From the NCBI GenBank assembly GCA_031267235.1, contig JAIRZM010000001.1, positions 95,512 through 159,511 on the forward strand: a DNA stretch of 64,000 nt, given 5' to 3'. The notes beneath the pieces are model-generated. The model searched no databases and had not been told where the DNA came from. It saw only the letters and a list, made by a program, of their open reading frames with translations. This DNA is from Holosporaceae bacterium. Its GTDB lineage: Bacteria; Pseudomonadota; Alphaproteobacteria; UBA3830. The translations under genes were made by a program, and so were the position numbers. Shown in pieces: positions 47,329 to 58,188 of this stretch; position 1 is the stretch's first letter; each line of letters begins with the position of its first letter.

Positions 47329-49425
47329 CTAATGCTGCATTATCCTGGCCAACGACGCCAACAGCAGGATTGCTACAATGTTAGCAATTTTTATCATGGG
47401 ATTGATGGCTGGTCCTGCAGTGTCCTTGTATGGATCACCGACGGTGTCTCCGGTAACCGCAGCCTTGTGAGCTTCGGATCCTTTTCCACCGCAATTGCCA
47501 TTTTCAATGTACTTTTTTGCATTATCCCAGGCGCCACCTCCAGAAGTCATGGAAACCGCCAAAAATATGCCGGTCAAAATAGTGCCAAGAAGCATGGCAC
47601 CCACTCCCTTAAGTCCAGCTTCATGTCCTCCCAGAGAGCCAATTGCCACATACAAAACGATGGGAGCCAAAACCGGCAGCAAAGATGGCACAATCATCTC
47701 ATGAATTGCAGATTTTGTGAGTATGTCCACCGCAGTTTTGTAATCCGGCTTAGCTTTGCCTGTCATGATACCTTTTATGGACTTAAATTGACGTCTTACT
47801 TCCATTACTATGGCTCCGCCGGCTCTCCCGACTGCCATCATTCCACAAGCTCCGAACAAATACGGCAGGAGACCGCCCACAAACAATCCAACCACCACAT
47901 ATGGATCCCCCAGATCAAAACGAATCGATAAGTCAGGAAAATAATAGGCTATATCCTGGGTATAAGCGGAAAACAACACCAAGGAGGCCAAGCCCGCTGA
48001 TCCGATGGCGTAGCCTTTGGTGACGGCTTTTGTGGTATTACCAACCGCATCCAATTTATCCGTAACTACGCGTATTTTATCCGGAAGGCCTGACATCTCC
48101 GCAATTCCTCCGGCGTTATCCGTGATGGGACCATAGGCGTCCAGAGTAACGATTATGCCAGCCAAAGCAAGCATAGACGTGGCTGCAATGGCCGTTCCGT
48201 ACAATCCGGCTTGCAGATAGGAAGCCAAAATGCCAATGCAGATAATGATTACCGGAATTGCCGTAGACTCCATGGAAACGGCTAATCCCTGAATAACGTT
48301 GGTTCCGTGTCCGGTCTCAGAAGCATGAGCAATGCTTATGACAGGTCGATAGGAGTAGGACGTATAATATTCCGTAACGCAGACCAACAGGAGCGTAATG
48401 GCAAGTCCGATTATGGTGCAGGCCATTATTCCACATCCGGAGAAGGTATCAGTGCTTCCATTAATTTTAAACACCGTATTGAAATCGAACATTTTTTGGG
48501 AAACGATATATATCAACACCAGAGAGAATCCTACGGTCGCCAGCAATCCTTTGTATAGAGCATGCATCACGTTCTGTTTGCTCCCCAATTTCACGAAAAA
48601 AGTTCCCAAAATCGAACCGATAATACAGATACCGGAGATAACAAGCGGGTAAATCATCAGAAGATCCCTTGTGACGCCAGTAAAAAAGATACCCGCCAGA
48701 ACGATGGTGGCAGAAATGGTAACCACATAGGTCTCGAAAAGGTCAGCCGCCATACCAGCGCAATCTCCGACGTTGTCTCCCACATTATCTGCAATTACCG
48801 CTGGATTTCTTGGGTCATCTTCGGGAATACCAGCCTCAACTTTTCCAACCAAATCAGCTCCCACGTCTGCTCCTTTGGTGAAAATTCCTCCCCCAAGACG
48901 GGCAAATATAGAAATGAGAGAAGCTCCAAAGCTCATGGCAATTAACGATTCAGCTATAAGCCTAACGTCGCTCACAAAAGCCTTCAGATAGAAAAAATAC
49001 AGCGAAATTCCCAACAGTCCAAGACCAACCACCAGGAACCCCGTAATGGCTCCGGACTTATAGGCCACAGATAGCGCTTGATTAATACCGCCTCTAGCTG
49101 CCTCGGCGGTGCGTACATTGGCTCTCACGGAAATATTCATGCCAATGTATCCAGCAAGACCAGATAACAAAGCTCCGAGAATAAATCCTATAGCCGGATA
49201 TGCGCTCATGAACGCCCACACCACCGTCGCCATGATGGCGCCGACTACGGCAACAGTTCTATATTGCCTATTCATGTAGGCGGACGCTCCATCCTGAATT
49301 GCCGCCGCTATCTCTTGCATTCGGTCATTTCCTGGATTGAGTTTAAGCATATAATTCGCGTTTATGGCCCCGTACACCAGCGCCAAAATTCCGGATATGA
49401 TAATTGTCAATTCACAATGTTCCAT
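47329..49425 (-). CDS. hppA: Membrane-bound proton-translocating pyrophosphatase
   Basis: Has [29 protein letters not shown] and [13 protein letters not shown] start at MEHCELT (49425) rather than the track's 49467. Confidence 0.95.
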   Translation of the reverse strand: MEHCELTIIISGILALVYGAINANYMLKLNPGNDRMQEIAAAIQDGASAYMNRQYRTVAVVGAIMATVVWAFMSAYPAIGFILGALLSGLAGYIGMNISVRANVRTAEAARGGINQALSVAYKSGAITGFLVVGLGLLGISLYFFYLKAFVSDVRLIAESLIAMSFGASLISIFARLGGGIFTKGADVGADLVGKVEAGIPEDDPRNPAVIADNVGDNVGDCAGMAADLFETYVVTISATIVLAGIFFTGVTRDLLMIYPLVISGICIIGSILGTFFVKLGSKQNVMHALYKGLLATVGFSLVLIYIVSQKMFDFNTVFKINGSTDTFSGCGIMACTIIGLAITLLLVCVTEYYTSYSYRPVISIAHASETGHGTNVIQGLAVSMESTAIPVIIICIGILASYLQAGLYGTAIAATSMLALAGIIVTLDAYGPITDNAGGIAEMSGLPDKIRVVTDKLDAVGNTTKAVTKGYAIGSAGLASLVLFSAYTQDIAYYFPDLSIRFDLGDPYVVVGLFVGGLLPYLFGACGMMAVGRAGGAIVMEVRRQFKSIKGIMTGKAKPDYKTAVDILTKSAIHEMIVPSLLPVLAPIVLYVAIGSLGGHEAGLKGVGAMLLGTILTGIFLAVSMTSGGGAWDNAKKYIENGNCGGKGSEAHKAAVTGDTVGDPYKDTAGPAINPMIKIANIVAILLLASLARIMQH

Positions 49426-49791
49426 AAAACATCCCCACAAAAACAAGGGGCACTTTAGCATAATCAAAAGAAAATATCAAATTTGAAGTAATATTTTTCT
49501 TATCTCATTTGCAGTTAGTTGGCTTGCTTATTTTTTCGTCGAAAAATAATCAGTTGCATATAAAATGCCGTAGCTTTCGTGAACGATTTGCGCTCTCTGC
49601 GCCGAAAGCGCATTGCCAGACAAGCAGAGATAGTGAAACTCGGCAGGCTTTGGCATTTCAGGCCCTTGCCTGTCACTTTTTTGCAACAGCTCCGGAGGAA
49701 TCGCATCATTTGCGCAAAAAAAATGCAAAAACTCATGAATTAGAAGTCTATGTTGCTTTACAATACAAAATAGTGATTTCTTGAGATAAAA

Positions 49792-51114
49792 ATGAACTGG
49801 ACCATAACTCAAATAGCTTCGGTGGTATTATGTGCCGTCGGATCTGGCATGATTTTTTCGTCATTTGGGCATACGCCGATTCTTGGCTACATCATTGCCG
49901 GCGTTTTGCTGGGACCCTCAGGCGTTAAATTCATAACTGATCGCGCAGTGGTGGAAGTGTTTGCCGAAATGGGCATCCTGTTTCTGCTTTTTACCATTGG
50001 TCTGGGCCTTTCCTTTGAGAAGGTCAAAAACATTTGGAAGACATCCTTGACCGCCACTCTGCTTTCGGCGGTCTTCATATATGTTGTGGTGATGGCGGCG
50101 GGAAACTTTTTGGATTTATCGCAGAGTCGCATCATTCTCATAACCTTTTGCGTGACCTTATCCTCTACGGCTGTTACGGTTAAGTCATTGGAAAATTTGA
50201 GAGAACGAGACGAAAGCATCGAATCAAGCTCCTTCGGAATATTGATAGCTCAGGATTTAATCTCTTTGCTCATGGTGTTGGTAATAAATTTTCTCGGCAC
50301 CTCGTCGGGAGTTGATTATCAAACCCAAAGAATTGTGGCAGTTTTTCTGTTTGCTCTTGGATTGGTTTTCTATTTCACCAAATATCACAAGTACATTCAC
50401 AAAGTTACCGATTTCATTAGAAAACATGATAACATGCTGGCACTGACTGTGTTTGGGTTTTGTCTGGGCTTTGCTGTTTTTACGGAAATCGCCGGACTTT
50501 CCGCTCCATTTGGCGCTTTTATAGCCGGACTAATCCTAGGCAACTCCAATATGCGCGATAAGGTCAAAAGCATCTCATCTCCCATTGAAGAAATCCTTTT
50601 GATGACATTTTTCCTCAGCGTTGGACTGTTGGTGGACATGAGCTTTATCTGGAATAATTTCCTGCTGATTTTAACGTCGTTGATTTTCGTCACATTCGGT
50701 AAAACGGTGATCAATATTTTTGTGCTGAGGTTTTGTCGATTTCCCCTGAAAGAATCATTTGTCATTAGCGTATTATTGGCCAATATAGGCGAGTTCTCCT
50801 TCATGTTAACCTATGCGGCCAATAAAATCGGCCTGGTGAATGAATACGGAATAAAATTTCTTGTAAGTTTAACGGCATTGAGCCTGTTGCTGAGTCCATT
50901 CTGGCTAATTTTTGCAGAGCGGTGCCGAGTTCTTGCGGAAAATGCAAATGTCATTTCCTCCTGGGAGTTTTTCCAATTGGCCGGAGGACAAGAGATTCGT
51001 GAAATGAGGCATCTTGTGGCTCTAGCAATAGATTTTTTCAAATACTCCTTCGGGATGATATCCGAAAAGACGCAGAGATTATTCAAAATAGTAAAAAATA
51101 AAGCAAAAAAATGA
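49792..51114 (+). CDS. Cation:proton antiporter (CPA2/Kef-like membrane domain only)
   Basis: 440 aa polytopic protein with PILGYIIAGVLLGPSG and EMGILFLLFTIGL. No TrkA-N domain. Confidence 0.85.
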   Translation: MNWTITQIASVVLCAVGSGMIFSSFGHTPILGYIIAGVLLGPSGVKFITDRAVVEVFAEMGILFLLFTIGLGLSFEKVKNIWKTSLTATLLSAVFIYVVVMAAGNFLDLSQSRIILITFCVTLSSTAVTVKSLENLRERDESIESSSFGILIAQDLISLLMVLVINFLGTSSGVDYQTQRIVAVFLFALGLVFYFTKYHKYIHKVTDFIRKHDNMLALTVFGFCLGFAVFTEIAGLSAPFGAFIAGLILGNSNMRDKVKSISSPIEEILLMTFFLSVGLLVDMSFIWNNFLLILTSLIFVTFGKTVINIFVLRFCRFPLKESFVISVLLANIGEFSFMLTYAANKIGLVNEYGIKFLVSLTALSLLLSPFWLIFAERCRVLAENANVISSWEFFQLAGGQEIREMRHLVALAIDFFKYSFGMISEKTQRLFKIVKNKAKK

Positions 51115-51758
51115 ATCTGGATTGGTACTACGCGAACAAAATCCAGCTAGATCATAGCATTGGCATTGACGAAGTGGGGAGGGGACCTTTGGCTGGTCCA
51201 GTCGTTGCCACCGCAGTATGGATAAGTTCGGAACTAGCGCTGCAGCTAGAGAAAAGCAATAAGCTAGTCGTTCGTGATTCAAAAAAAATGAGCCACGCAC
51301 AAAGAATGAAGGTCGTGGAATGGCTGCGTCTCCAACCTCAAGAATTGTTGCGCTATGCGATTGGTCAGGCAACAGTCGAAGAGATCGATCAGCTAAATAT
51401 ATTGAATGCTACCATGTTGTCCATGGAGCGAGCTCTCAATTCTCTCGGAATTTTCAAAAAATATGCTCTGGTAGATGGAAATAGAGCGCCAGATTTAAAA
51501 AATATCCAAACAAGGCTAGTGGTAAAGGGAGATGATAAAGTCTTGTCCATATCTCTGGCCTCCATTATTGCCAAGGAACATCGAGACGACTCAATGCGCA
51601 AGCTGGCCCTTGAATATCCACACTACGGATGGGAAACCAATGTTGGCTACGGATCACAGCAACATCTTCGTGCAATCTCAATGTATGGCATTACGCCCCA
51701 TCATAGAAAAACTTTCAACAGAGTAGCGACTTTTGCTAAAGGAAGCCAATGTACGTAA
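51111..51758 (+). CDS. rnhB: Ribonuclease HII
   Basis: 215 aa with GIDEVGRGPLAGPVVA and DSKK. Confidence 0.93.
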   Translation: MNLDWYYANKIQLDHSIGIDEVGRGPLAGPVVATAVWISSELALQLEKSNKLVVRDSKKMSHAQRMKVVEWLRLQPQELLRYAIGQATVEEIDQLNILNATMLSMERALNSLGIFKKYALVDGNRAPDLKNIQTRLVVKGDDKVLSISLASIIAKEHRDDSMRKLALEYPHYGWETNVGYGSQQHLRAISMYGITPHHRKTFNRVATFAKGSQCT

Positions 51759-51867
51759 CCGGCAAAACCGGCAATCATCGTTTCGCGTAGCCGCAATTGG
51801 CTCATGAAAAATCTATTGACTTTTTCGTAAGAAAGTTTTAGTAAGGTGAGCGAAAGGGAGCTTTTTG

Positions 51868-51993
51868 ATGAAAGTTGTAAATTCTTTGAAAACCATCAGA
51901 TCTAGGCATAAAAATTGCCGTTTGGTTAGACGCAAAGGAAGAGTCTATATAATAAATAAGTCCAATCCGCGCTTTAAAGCAAGGCAGGGTTAG
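51868..51993 (+). CDS. rpmJ: 50S ribosomal protein L36
   Basis: Below the ORF-track size cutoff. ATG at 51868 after an AAGGGAG RBS translates to [41 protein letters not shown] (41 aa). Confidence 0.9.
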   Translation: MKVVNSLKTIRSRHKNCRLVRRKGRVYIINKSNPRFKARQG

Positions 51994-52073
51994 TTTTTCG
52001 GTTATTAGTTTTTTTATTTTAATCAAATGTTCTTTAATTTCCATTCGCACAAAATAAAGCAAGAGGATGTTTA

Positions 52074-53768
52074 ATGCTAGAAGAGTCAAGCCCTCAGGGT
52101 GAGAGTTTCGTAGAGCTTTTCGAACAAACCAGCGGGCCTTCAGCCTGGACTGGCAAGGTAGTAAAAGGGATCGTAGTAGAAGTCGATGATAATTTCGCAG
52201 TGATAGACGTTGGGCTTAAATCCGAAGGGCGCGTCCCAATTGAGGAATTTAACAGCGCCGGAAGAAGAGCGGAAATTAAAGTCGGCGATAAAATAGACGT
52301 CTACGTAGATCGCTACGAAAACAGGAATGGAGAGATAGTTTTAAGCCGTGAAAACGCTCTCCGAGAAGCGGCTTGGAACGAGCTGGAGAAATCTTTCCGC
52401 GAAGGCGCCAGCGTTCTCGGTACAATATTTAACCGCGTAAAAGGCGGTTTCATGGTGGATATAAACGGAGTGTCCGCATTTTTGCCAGGAAGCCAGGTTG
52501 ACGTTCGTCCCGTGAAGGATATCTCGCCGCTGATTGGAATCGAGCAGCCATTTATGATTCTGAAAATGGACAAGCTGCGAGAAAATATCGTTGTTTCGCG
52601 TCGCGAGATTCTGGAGGGCGCTAACGCCGAAGAGAGGGCGAAGGCGATGGCCAATCTCGAGGAGGGGCAGGTTATTGTCGGCATCGTCAAAAATATCACC
52701 AATTATGGAGCTTTTGTTGATATCGGAGGGGTTGACGGGCTATTGCACAACACCGATATTTCCTGGAAGAGAATCAACCATCCATCGGAAGTGCTTACTT
52801 CGGGACAAGAGATAAACGTAAAAGTAATAAAGTGCAATAAGGAAACGAGACGCATCTCTCTTGGCATTAAGCAATTGAGCAAAGATCCTTGGGACGGCGT
52901 CGATATTGAGTTCAAAGTTGGAACTCGCGTTCGGGGTAAGATTACCAATGTGACGGATTACGGTATATTTGTGGAACTAAAGGACGGCGTGGAAGGGTTA
53001 GTCTATGTCTCGGAAATTAGTTGGAAAAAGAACACTTCTCCGCTGAAAATTGCTGCCGTGGGAGAAGAGATAGAAGTTATGGTTCTGGATATGGACTTGA
53101 CCAAAAGGCGCATTGGCTTAGGGATCAAACAGCTGCAGGACAGTCCGTGGGGACAAATCGAAAAGGACTTTCCCGTGGGACACACTTTTGATGGAAAAAT
53201 CTCGAATGTTACGGACTTTGGTATTTTCATCAAAATAAGCGATGACATTGACGGCATGGTTCATATGAATGACATCTCTTGGGAGAAAAATGCTCCGGAA
53301 GAATTGATCAAATACAAAAAGGGAGATGTGATAAAAGTCAAGGTACTGGAGGTATCATCGGAGAAGGAAAGAATTTCTCTGGGCGTTAAGCAGTTGAGCG
53401 ACAATCAGCGAAAAGAGAACGCCGTCAATCTTAAAAAGGGAGCAGTTGTTACCTGCGTTGTGTCAGCCATTAGGGATGATGGCATAGATGTAACCACGAC
53501 GTGCGGCACTTTCGGATTTATCAAAAAAGTTGAGCTTGCCAAGGATCGGCAGGATAGAAGGATGGATAGATTCGCTGTGGGAGAAAAAGTTGACGCCAAG
53601 ATAACATCGATGGATAAGACAGGAGAGAAGATTAATTTATCCATCAAAGCGCTAGAAATCGAGGAAGAAAAACAGGCAATGGCTGAATTTGGGTCTCCGG
53701 ACAGCGGCGCCAGCTTGGGAGATATTTTGGGCGTAGCCATTGGTAAATCTAAAAAGGAAAAACCGTAG
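52074..53768 (+). CDS. rpsA: 30S ribosomal protein S1
   Basis: 564 aa with six S1 repeats (G.V..V...GAFVD(I/L)GG.(D/E)G(L/M)(L/V)H). Confidence 0.95.
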   Translation: MLEESSPQGESFVELFEQTSGPSAWTGKVVKGIVVEVDDNFAVIDVGLKSEGRVPIEEFNSAGRRAEIKVGDKIDVYVDRYENRNGEIVLSRENALREAAWNELEKSFREGASVLGTIFNRVKGGFMVDINGVSAFLPGSQVDVRPVKDISPLIGIEQPFMILKMDKLRENIVVSRREILEGANAEERAKAMANLEEGQVIVGIVKNITNYGAFVDIGGVDGLLHNTDISWKRINHPSEVLTSGQEINVKVIKCNKETRRISLGIKQLSKDPWDGVDIEFKVGTRVRGKITNVTDYGIFVELKDGVEGLVYVSEISWKKNTSPLKIAAVGEEIEVMVLDMDLTKRRIGLGIKQLQDSPWGQIEKDFPVGHTFDGKISNVTDFGIFIKISDDIDGMVHMNDISWEKNAPEELIKYKKGDVIKVKVLEVSSEKERISLGVKQLSDNQRKENAVNLKKGAVVTCVVSAIRDDGIDVTTTCGTFGFIKKVELAKDRQDRRMDRFAVGEKVDAKITSMDKTGEKINLSIKALEIEEEKQAMAEFGSPDSGASLGDILGVAIGKSKKEKP

Positions 53769-53791
53769 ATTCTAAAAGGAGGGCATTCGCC

Positions 53792-54409
53792 ATGCGTTTG
53801 ATATTAGCTTTTTCTGCAGTTTGGTTTTTCCTGCCTGGAGGTTTTGCGGAAGCGAGCGCTCCGGCAGAGAGCTCTCAAACTCAAATTAAGGAGGAAACTC
53901 CGGAGGAGCGCATTCTCAGCTTAGGAGATCAGGCCTTTAAAATAATAAGAACCACCGGGATAAAGCCGCAAGAAGTTTTTTCTAGATTTAAAGAACTATT
54001 GGATGAGTATTTTGCGATACCTTCCATTGCTACCTTCGTTCTCGGCGCCTATGGAGAAAAATTTAAAGAAAATGGTCAGAGGACTGCATTTGAAGAATAT
54101 TTGGAAAACCTTCTTGTTAGATCGTATTCGTCTAAATTCTCTGAATATATGAAGGCAAAGTTTGCGGTTTCTGGCTCTAGGCGTAGTGGGGAACAATTTC
54201 ATGTATCATCCACGATCTCTATTCCAAACAAAAAGGGCATTAAGATAATCTGGTATTTGAAAAATATAGGTGGCAAGCTAATGATTACGGATGTTAAAAT
54301 AGAAAACATGAGCATGCAAAAGACTCAAAAAGCGGATATAGTCAGCCGCATCAAGGCTGTTGGAGTCGAGAAGTTTATGCAGGAATTTAAGGAGAAATAT
54401 GGTTGCTAA
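53792..54409 (+). CDS. MlaC/Ttg2D-like periplasmic phospholipid-binding protein
   Basis: 205 aa with a signal peptide. Contains FVLGAYGEKF...F...LVRSYSSKF...ITDVKIENMSM, which fits the family pattern. Confidence 0.6.
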   Translation: MRLILAFSAVWFFLPGGFAEASAPAESSQTQIKEETPEERILSLGDQAFKIIRTTGIKPQEVFSRFKELLDEYFAIPSIATFVLGAYGEKFKENGQRTAFEEYLENLLVRSYSSKFSEYMKAKFAVSGSRRSGEQFHVSSTISIPNKKGIKIIWYLKNIGGKLMITDVKIENMSMQKTQKADIVSRIKAVGVEKFMQEFKEKYGC

Positions 54410-54866
54410 ACAATCGCCTTTCCTGCAAATTCCGCTGATGGTTTTCCCAAATGCAAAGGGTCTTGATCTTCCATCCTATGCCACTGACGGAAGCGCCGGA
54501 GTGGATTTGCGTGCAGCCATTTCCGATGAACTCCTCCTGCAGAGAAATGAAAGAAAATTGATACCTACGGGGGTAGGCATTGCCCTTCCGGTTGGCTATA
54601 ATGCCGAAATACGGTCTCGATCTGGGTTGGCCTATAAAAATGGCGTCATGGTTCTAAATTCTCCTGGAACCGTAGACAGCGACTATCGCGGAGAACTGAT
54701 GGTTTTGCTTATGAATTTAGGAGAAGAGAGCTTCAGGGTAGAACGCGGGATGAGAATCGCCCAAATGGTCATAATAAAACATGAGACCGTAGTTTGGAAG
54801 GAAGTGAACGTCCTGGAAGACACATCGCGATCCACAGGCGGCTATGGCTCAACGGGAGTTAAATGA
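54399..54866 (+). CDS. dut: dUTP diphosphatase
   Basis: I start at ATG 54399 after a GGAG RBS. Has GSAGVDLRA, RSGLA, GTVDSDYRGE and GYGSTG. The track's longer form overlaps the upstream gene. Confidence 0.93.
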   Translation: MVAKQSPFLQIPLMVFPNAKGLDLPSYATDGSAGVDLRAAISDELLLQRNERKLIPTGVGIALPVGYNAEIRSRSGLAYKNGVMVLNSPGTVDSDYRGELMVLLMNLGEESFRVERGMRIAQMVIIKHETVVWKEVNVLEDTSRSTGGYGSTGVK

Positions 54867-55603
54867 AACATTGTCACTGGAAATTATTTCTTTTTTTTCT
54901 TTTAGCGGCTTGCGCTTCCGACAAGGAAAGCCTTAAGGATCGCACTGTCGAGAGCATTTACAGGAAAGCCTCTCATTTGTTAAATGACAGCGAATATACT
55001 GATGCAGCAACAGAATTTAAGGACATAGACACACTGTTCCCCTATTCCGCCAAAGCCAGCGAAGGGCAAATTTTAGCCGCCTACTGCCATTTCCTAGCAT
55101 CAAATTACCAGGATTCGCTGCGAGAAATTGAGGTGTTTTTGAGATACCATCCATCTCATGAGTTGGCGTTATACGCCATGTATCTGAAAGCCGCGAATCT
55201 GTACATGGGAGTTTCATCGGTGGGAAGAGATTCAAAGGCGACTCTGGAAGCGAAAAGAGCCTTCGTCGAGCTGATAAATAAGTTTCCCAACTCCAAGTAT
55301 CGCAATGATAGTCTCAGAAGAATCATAATTCTGGACGATCTAATAGCAGCCCACGAAATGCTTATAGGGAGATTTTATCAAAAAAATAAAAATGCTCTGG
55401 CCGCCATTGGGAGATATAATTTTGTTACGAGCAATTTGCATCATACCAACTATGCGCCAGAGGCCTATTATAGAATTCTGGAGTGTTGCTCCTCCATTGG
55501 CCTAAAAGAAGAGGCTCAGGGAGCCCGTGGAGCTCTAAAATTATGGTATCCTGACAATACTTGGAGTAAGAAAGCGGATTTGCTGCTAAAAAGTAGTCTT
55601 TAA
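54863..55603 (+). CDS. bamD: Outer membrane protein assembly factor BamD (YfiO) lipoprotein
   Basis: 246 aa with lipobox LLAACAS and TPR-like helices (YRKA, F...YP.S.Y...A). Confidence 0.8.
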   Translation: MKHCHWKLFLFFLLAACASDKESLKDRTVESIYRKASHLLNDSEYTDAATEFKDIDTLFPYSAKASEGQILAAYCHFLASNYQDSLREIEVFLRYHPSHELALYAMYLKAANLYMGVSSVGRDSKATLEAKRAFVELINKFPNSKYRNDSLRRIIILDDLIAAHEMLIGRFYQKNKNALAAIGRYNFVTSNLHHTNYAPEAYYRILECCSSIGLKEEAQGARGALKLWYPDNTWSKKADLLLKSSL

Positions 55604-55678
55604 TTAGCTTTTTGTGGTTACCATAGCAGCGTAACAGTGGGTTTGACATTTTTAATAGTTTTGTAAGGATTTTTTGAT

Positions 55679-55858
55679 ATGAATACAAGCGTTGATAGGA
55701 TTGAAAAAGAGTACTTTTCGATAGAGGATGTGGTGTCATATTCCAACATAGAAATTACGCATGCGAACGATAATAAGGCTCCTCTGAAGGTCATGGCAAC
55801 CAAAGTAATTGTTTGGCTAGTCATCATTTCCATGATTGCTGCATTACTGTTGATTTAA
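55679..55858 (+). CDS. Possible 59-aa tail-anchored membrane protein
   Basis: My translation is MNTSVDRIEKEYFSIEDVVSYSNIEITHANDNKAPLKVMATKVIVWLVIISMIAALLLI. It is co-directional with bamD and accA. A 71-aa antisense ORF competes for the same DNA. Confidence 0.25.
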   Translation: MNTSVDRIEKEYFSIEDVVSYSNIEITHANDNKAPLKVMATKVIVWLVIISMIAALLLI

Positions 55859-55996
55859 ACGGAACAATCTGCGCTGTTTGACAATCGCATAACAATGCGG
55901 AATATAGAGTTGTACGCGCAACCGCTGACACAGAATTCAAATATTGTTATCTTGTTTCTCCTGATATATTATTACGCATCGAAAAATGAGGAGTTA

Positions 55997-56938
55997 ATGG
56001 TAATTCTTGACTTTGAAAAGCCTATTTTTGAGCTGGAAGCTAAGATAAAAGAGTTAAAAAATCTAAATACCGGAGACCTTGGCATAATAGAAGACGTAAA
56101 GCGTCTTGAAAATAAGAAAAAAAAACTATTGAAGCAAGTGTATTCTAATCTTTCTCCATGGCAGAAAGTTCTGGTGGCGCGCCATCAAGAACGGCCGCAC
56201 GCTTCCGATTATGTAAACGCGTTAGTGGACGATTTTATACCGCTGGCCGGAGACAGACATTTCGGAGATGATCCTGCAATTGTATCCGGTATCGGTAAAT
56301 TTAAGGGCACAGCAGTTGCAATTCTTGGGCATGAAAAAGGAAAAGACACCGAAGATAGAATTCACCATAATTTTGGAATGCCTCATCCGGAGGGGTATCG
56401 CAAGGCCCTAAGAATTATGGATTTAGCCGATAGGTTTAGGCTTCCGCTGTTGACATTTATAGATACAGCCGGAGCATATCCAGGGGTTGGAGCAGAGGAG
56501 CGTGGTCAGGCTGAAGCAATTGCCAAATGCATTGAGCGCTCTTTGCAGTTCAAAAACCCCATCATTGCCACCGTAATAGGAGAAGGCGGATCCGGAGGAG
56601 CGGTTGCTCTAGCCGTTGCCAATGTAATTCTAATGCTGGAGCACTCGGTGTATTCAGTCATTTCTCCGGAAGGATGTGCCTCTATTTTATATCGCAATCC
56701 AGAAAAAGCCTCCGACGCAGCCGACGCGCTAAAACTTACTGCACAGGATCTTATACGCTTTCGGGTGATAGACGAGGTTCTGGAGGAATCGCTGGGAGGC
56801 GCACATCGCGACCCTGTATTTACCATTAAATCAGTTGGAGAGAAAATAAAATCAGCTCTGCTAGGATTGTCTAACATAAAAGATTTAAAAGCTCATCGGA
56901 ATCAGAAGTTTCTAGATTTTTGCAGAAATTATAATTAG
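55997..56938 (+). CDS. accA: Acetyl-CoA carboxylase carboxyltransferase alpha subunit
   Basis: I start at MVILDFEKPIFELEAKI after a GAGGAG RBS. Has FIDTAGAYPG and GEGGSGGA. Confidence 0.93.
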   Translation: MVILDFEKPIFELEAKIKELKNLNTGDLGIIEDVKRLENKKKKLLKQVYSNLSPWQKVLVARHQERPHASDYVNALVDDFIPLAGDRHFGDDPAIVSGIGKFKGTAVAILGHEKGKDTEDRIHHNFGMPHPEGYRKALRIMDLADRFRLPLLTFIDTAGAYPGVGAEERGQAEAIAKCIERSLQFKNPIIATVIGEGGSGGAVALAVANVILMLEHSVYSVISPEGCASILYRNPEKASDAADALKLTAQDLIRFRVIDEVLEESLGGAHRDPVFTIKSVGEKIKSALLGLSNIKDLKAHRNQKFLDFCRNYN

Positions 56939-56950
56939 TGGAGTTGCGCG

Positions 56951-58186
56951 ATGTTTAAAATAGACACTAGAAAATATGAGACCATCATAAGTACTCTGGG
57001 AAATATTTTTGAGTGGTATAGCTTCGCCCTGTTTATGCCATTTCTTCCGGTGATTTCCAAGCAATTTTTTCCCATGGAAGATGCTGTTTTAGCAAAACTG
57101 CTAACTTTTTTCACCCTATCTATTGGGTTATTCATGCGCCCATTCGGAGCAATAATATTTGGTCCCATTGGAGATAAATTTGGCCGCCAAAAGACCATAT
57201 CCCTTTCAATTTTGCTAATGGCTCTTCCGACAATCTGCATAGGATTGCTGCCCAATTATCGTGACATTGGAATCGCCGCTCCGATCATTTTGGTTTTTCT
57301 GCGAGCTCTGCAGGGGATATCGCTGGGCGGCGAATATACGGCAGCCATGGTTCATTTGGTGGAACGCGCCCCCAGCCATCGGCGCGGATTCTACGGCAGT
57401 TGGTCCGATGGAGGCTCTCAAATTGGAGTGTTGATAGGAGGACAGGCGCTGATGATGCTCTACAGTTTCTGCACCGAAACGGAAATATATTCTTTCGCCT
57501 GGAGGGGGCCATTTTTGTTGGCCATTGTGTTACTGCCATTCGCGTTCATGGTCCCGAATCAAAGCGTGCCATCCAAAAAGAAATCAGATGAGCCAATTTT
57601 CCAAACATTACTCAAACATAAAAAGGAAGCCAGCTGTACCGTTGTCATTACAGCATTTAGTGCCGTTGGTTTTTATACGCTATTTACATTTCTGCCATAT
57701 TATTTGGTTTTCGATAATATACTTACTTTAAAACAGGCCACCCAATGCACCATTGCATCAAATATGATAGTGATAGTATTTATTCTGTTTTGTGGGTATT
57801 TATCGGATAAGTTCAAACGAAAACCTTTTATGATTTGCGGTATTATTGGGGTTTCTTTGGTTACGGCAGCAATGTTTGTATTTCAAAAGAACTCATTTTC
57901 TTATTGGTTTACGCTGCAATCTTTGTATGGTTTTTTTATGGGAGCCTATTACTCCAGCAGGAGCGCGTTCTTTGCCGAAGCTTTTCCCGCTAAAATCAGA
58001 TGCACGGCAGTATCTTTGTCATTGGGCATAGCACAGGCGATATTTGGCGGATTAACGCCAATAGCAATGAGCTACTGCAAGGAATATTCCAATTTTTTTG
58101 CATCCATTCCCATACTTGTTGTCGCTCTAGGGGCAATATATGCAATATCCTTACTTGAGGATAGAACAGGAAAAGATTTGATATAA
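56951..58186 (+). CDS. MFS transporter, metabolite:H+ symporter (ProP-like) family
   Basis: 411 aa with about 12 TM segments and FGPIGDKFGRQKT, the MFS loop 2-3 motif. Confidence 0.85.
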   Translation: MFKIDTRKYETIISTLGNIFEWYSFALFMPFLPVISKQFFPMEDAVLAKLLTFFTLSIGLFMRPFGAIIFGPIGDKFGRQKTISLSILLMALPTICIGLLPNYRDIGIAAPIILVFLRALQGISLGGEYTAAMVHLVERAPSHRRGFYGSWSDGGSQIGVLIGGQALMMLYSFCTETEIYSFAWRGPFLLAIVLLPFAFMVPNQSVPSKKKSDEPIFQTLLKHKKEASCTVVITAFSAVGFYTLFTFLPYYLVFDNILTLKQATQCTIASNMIVIVFILFCGYLSDKFKRKPFMICGIIGVSLVTAAMFVFQKNSFSYWFTLQSLYGFFMGAYYSSRSAFFAEAFPAKIRCTAVSLSLGIAQAIFGGLTPIAMSYCKEYSNFFASIPILVVALGAIYAISLLEDRTGKDLI

Positions 58187-58188
58187 CC

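Noticed and set aside
47332-47931. 199-aa plus-strand ORF, and other plus-strand ORFs through 49458
   Set aside because: They are antisense to hppA, whose identity is certain.
51838-52089. 83-aa minus-strand ORF
   Set aside because: It overlaps the plus-strand 41-aa ORF, which is an unmistakable ribosomal protein L36 with an RBS.
55618-55833. 71-aa minus-strand ORF
   Set aside because: It is opposite in direction to both neighbours and has no motif. The co-directional 59-aa ORF is slightly more plausible, though also weak.
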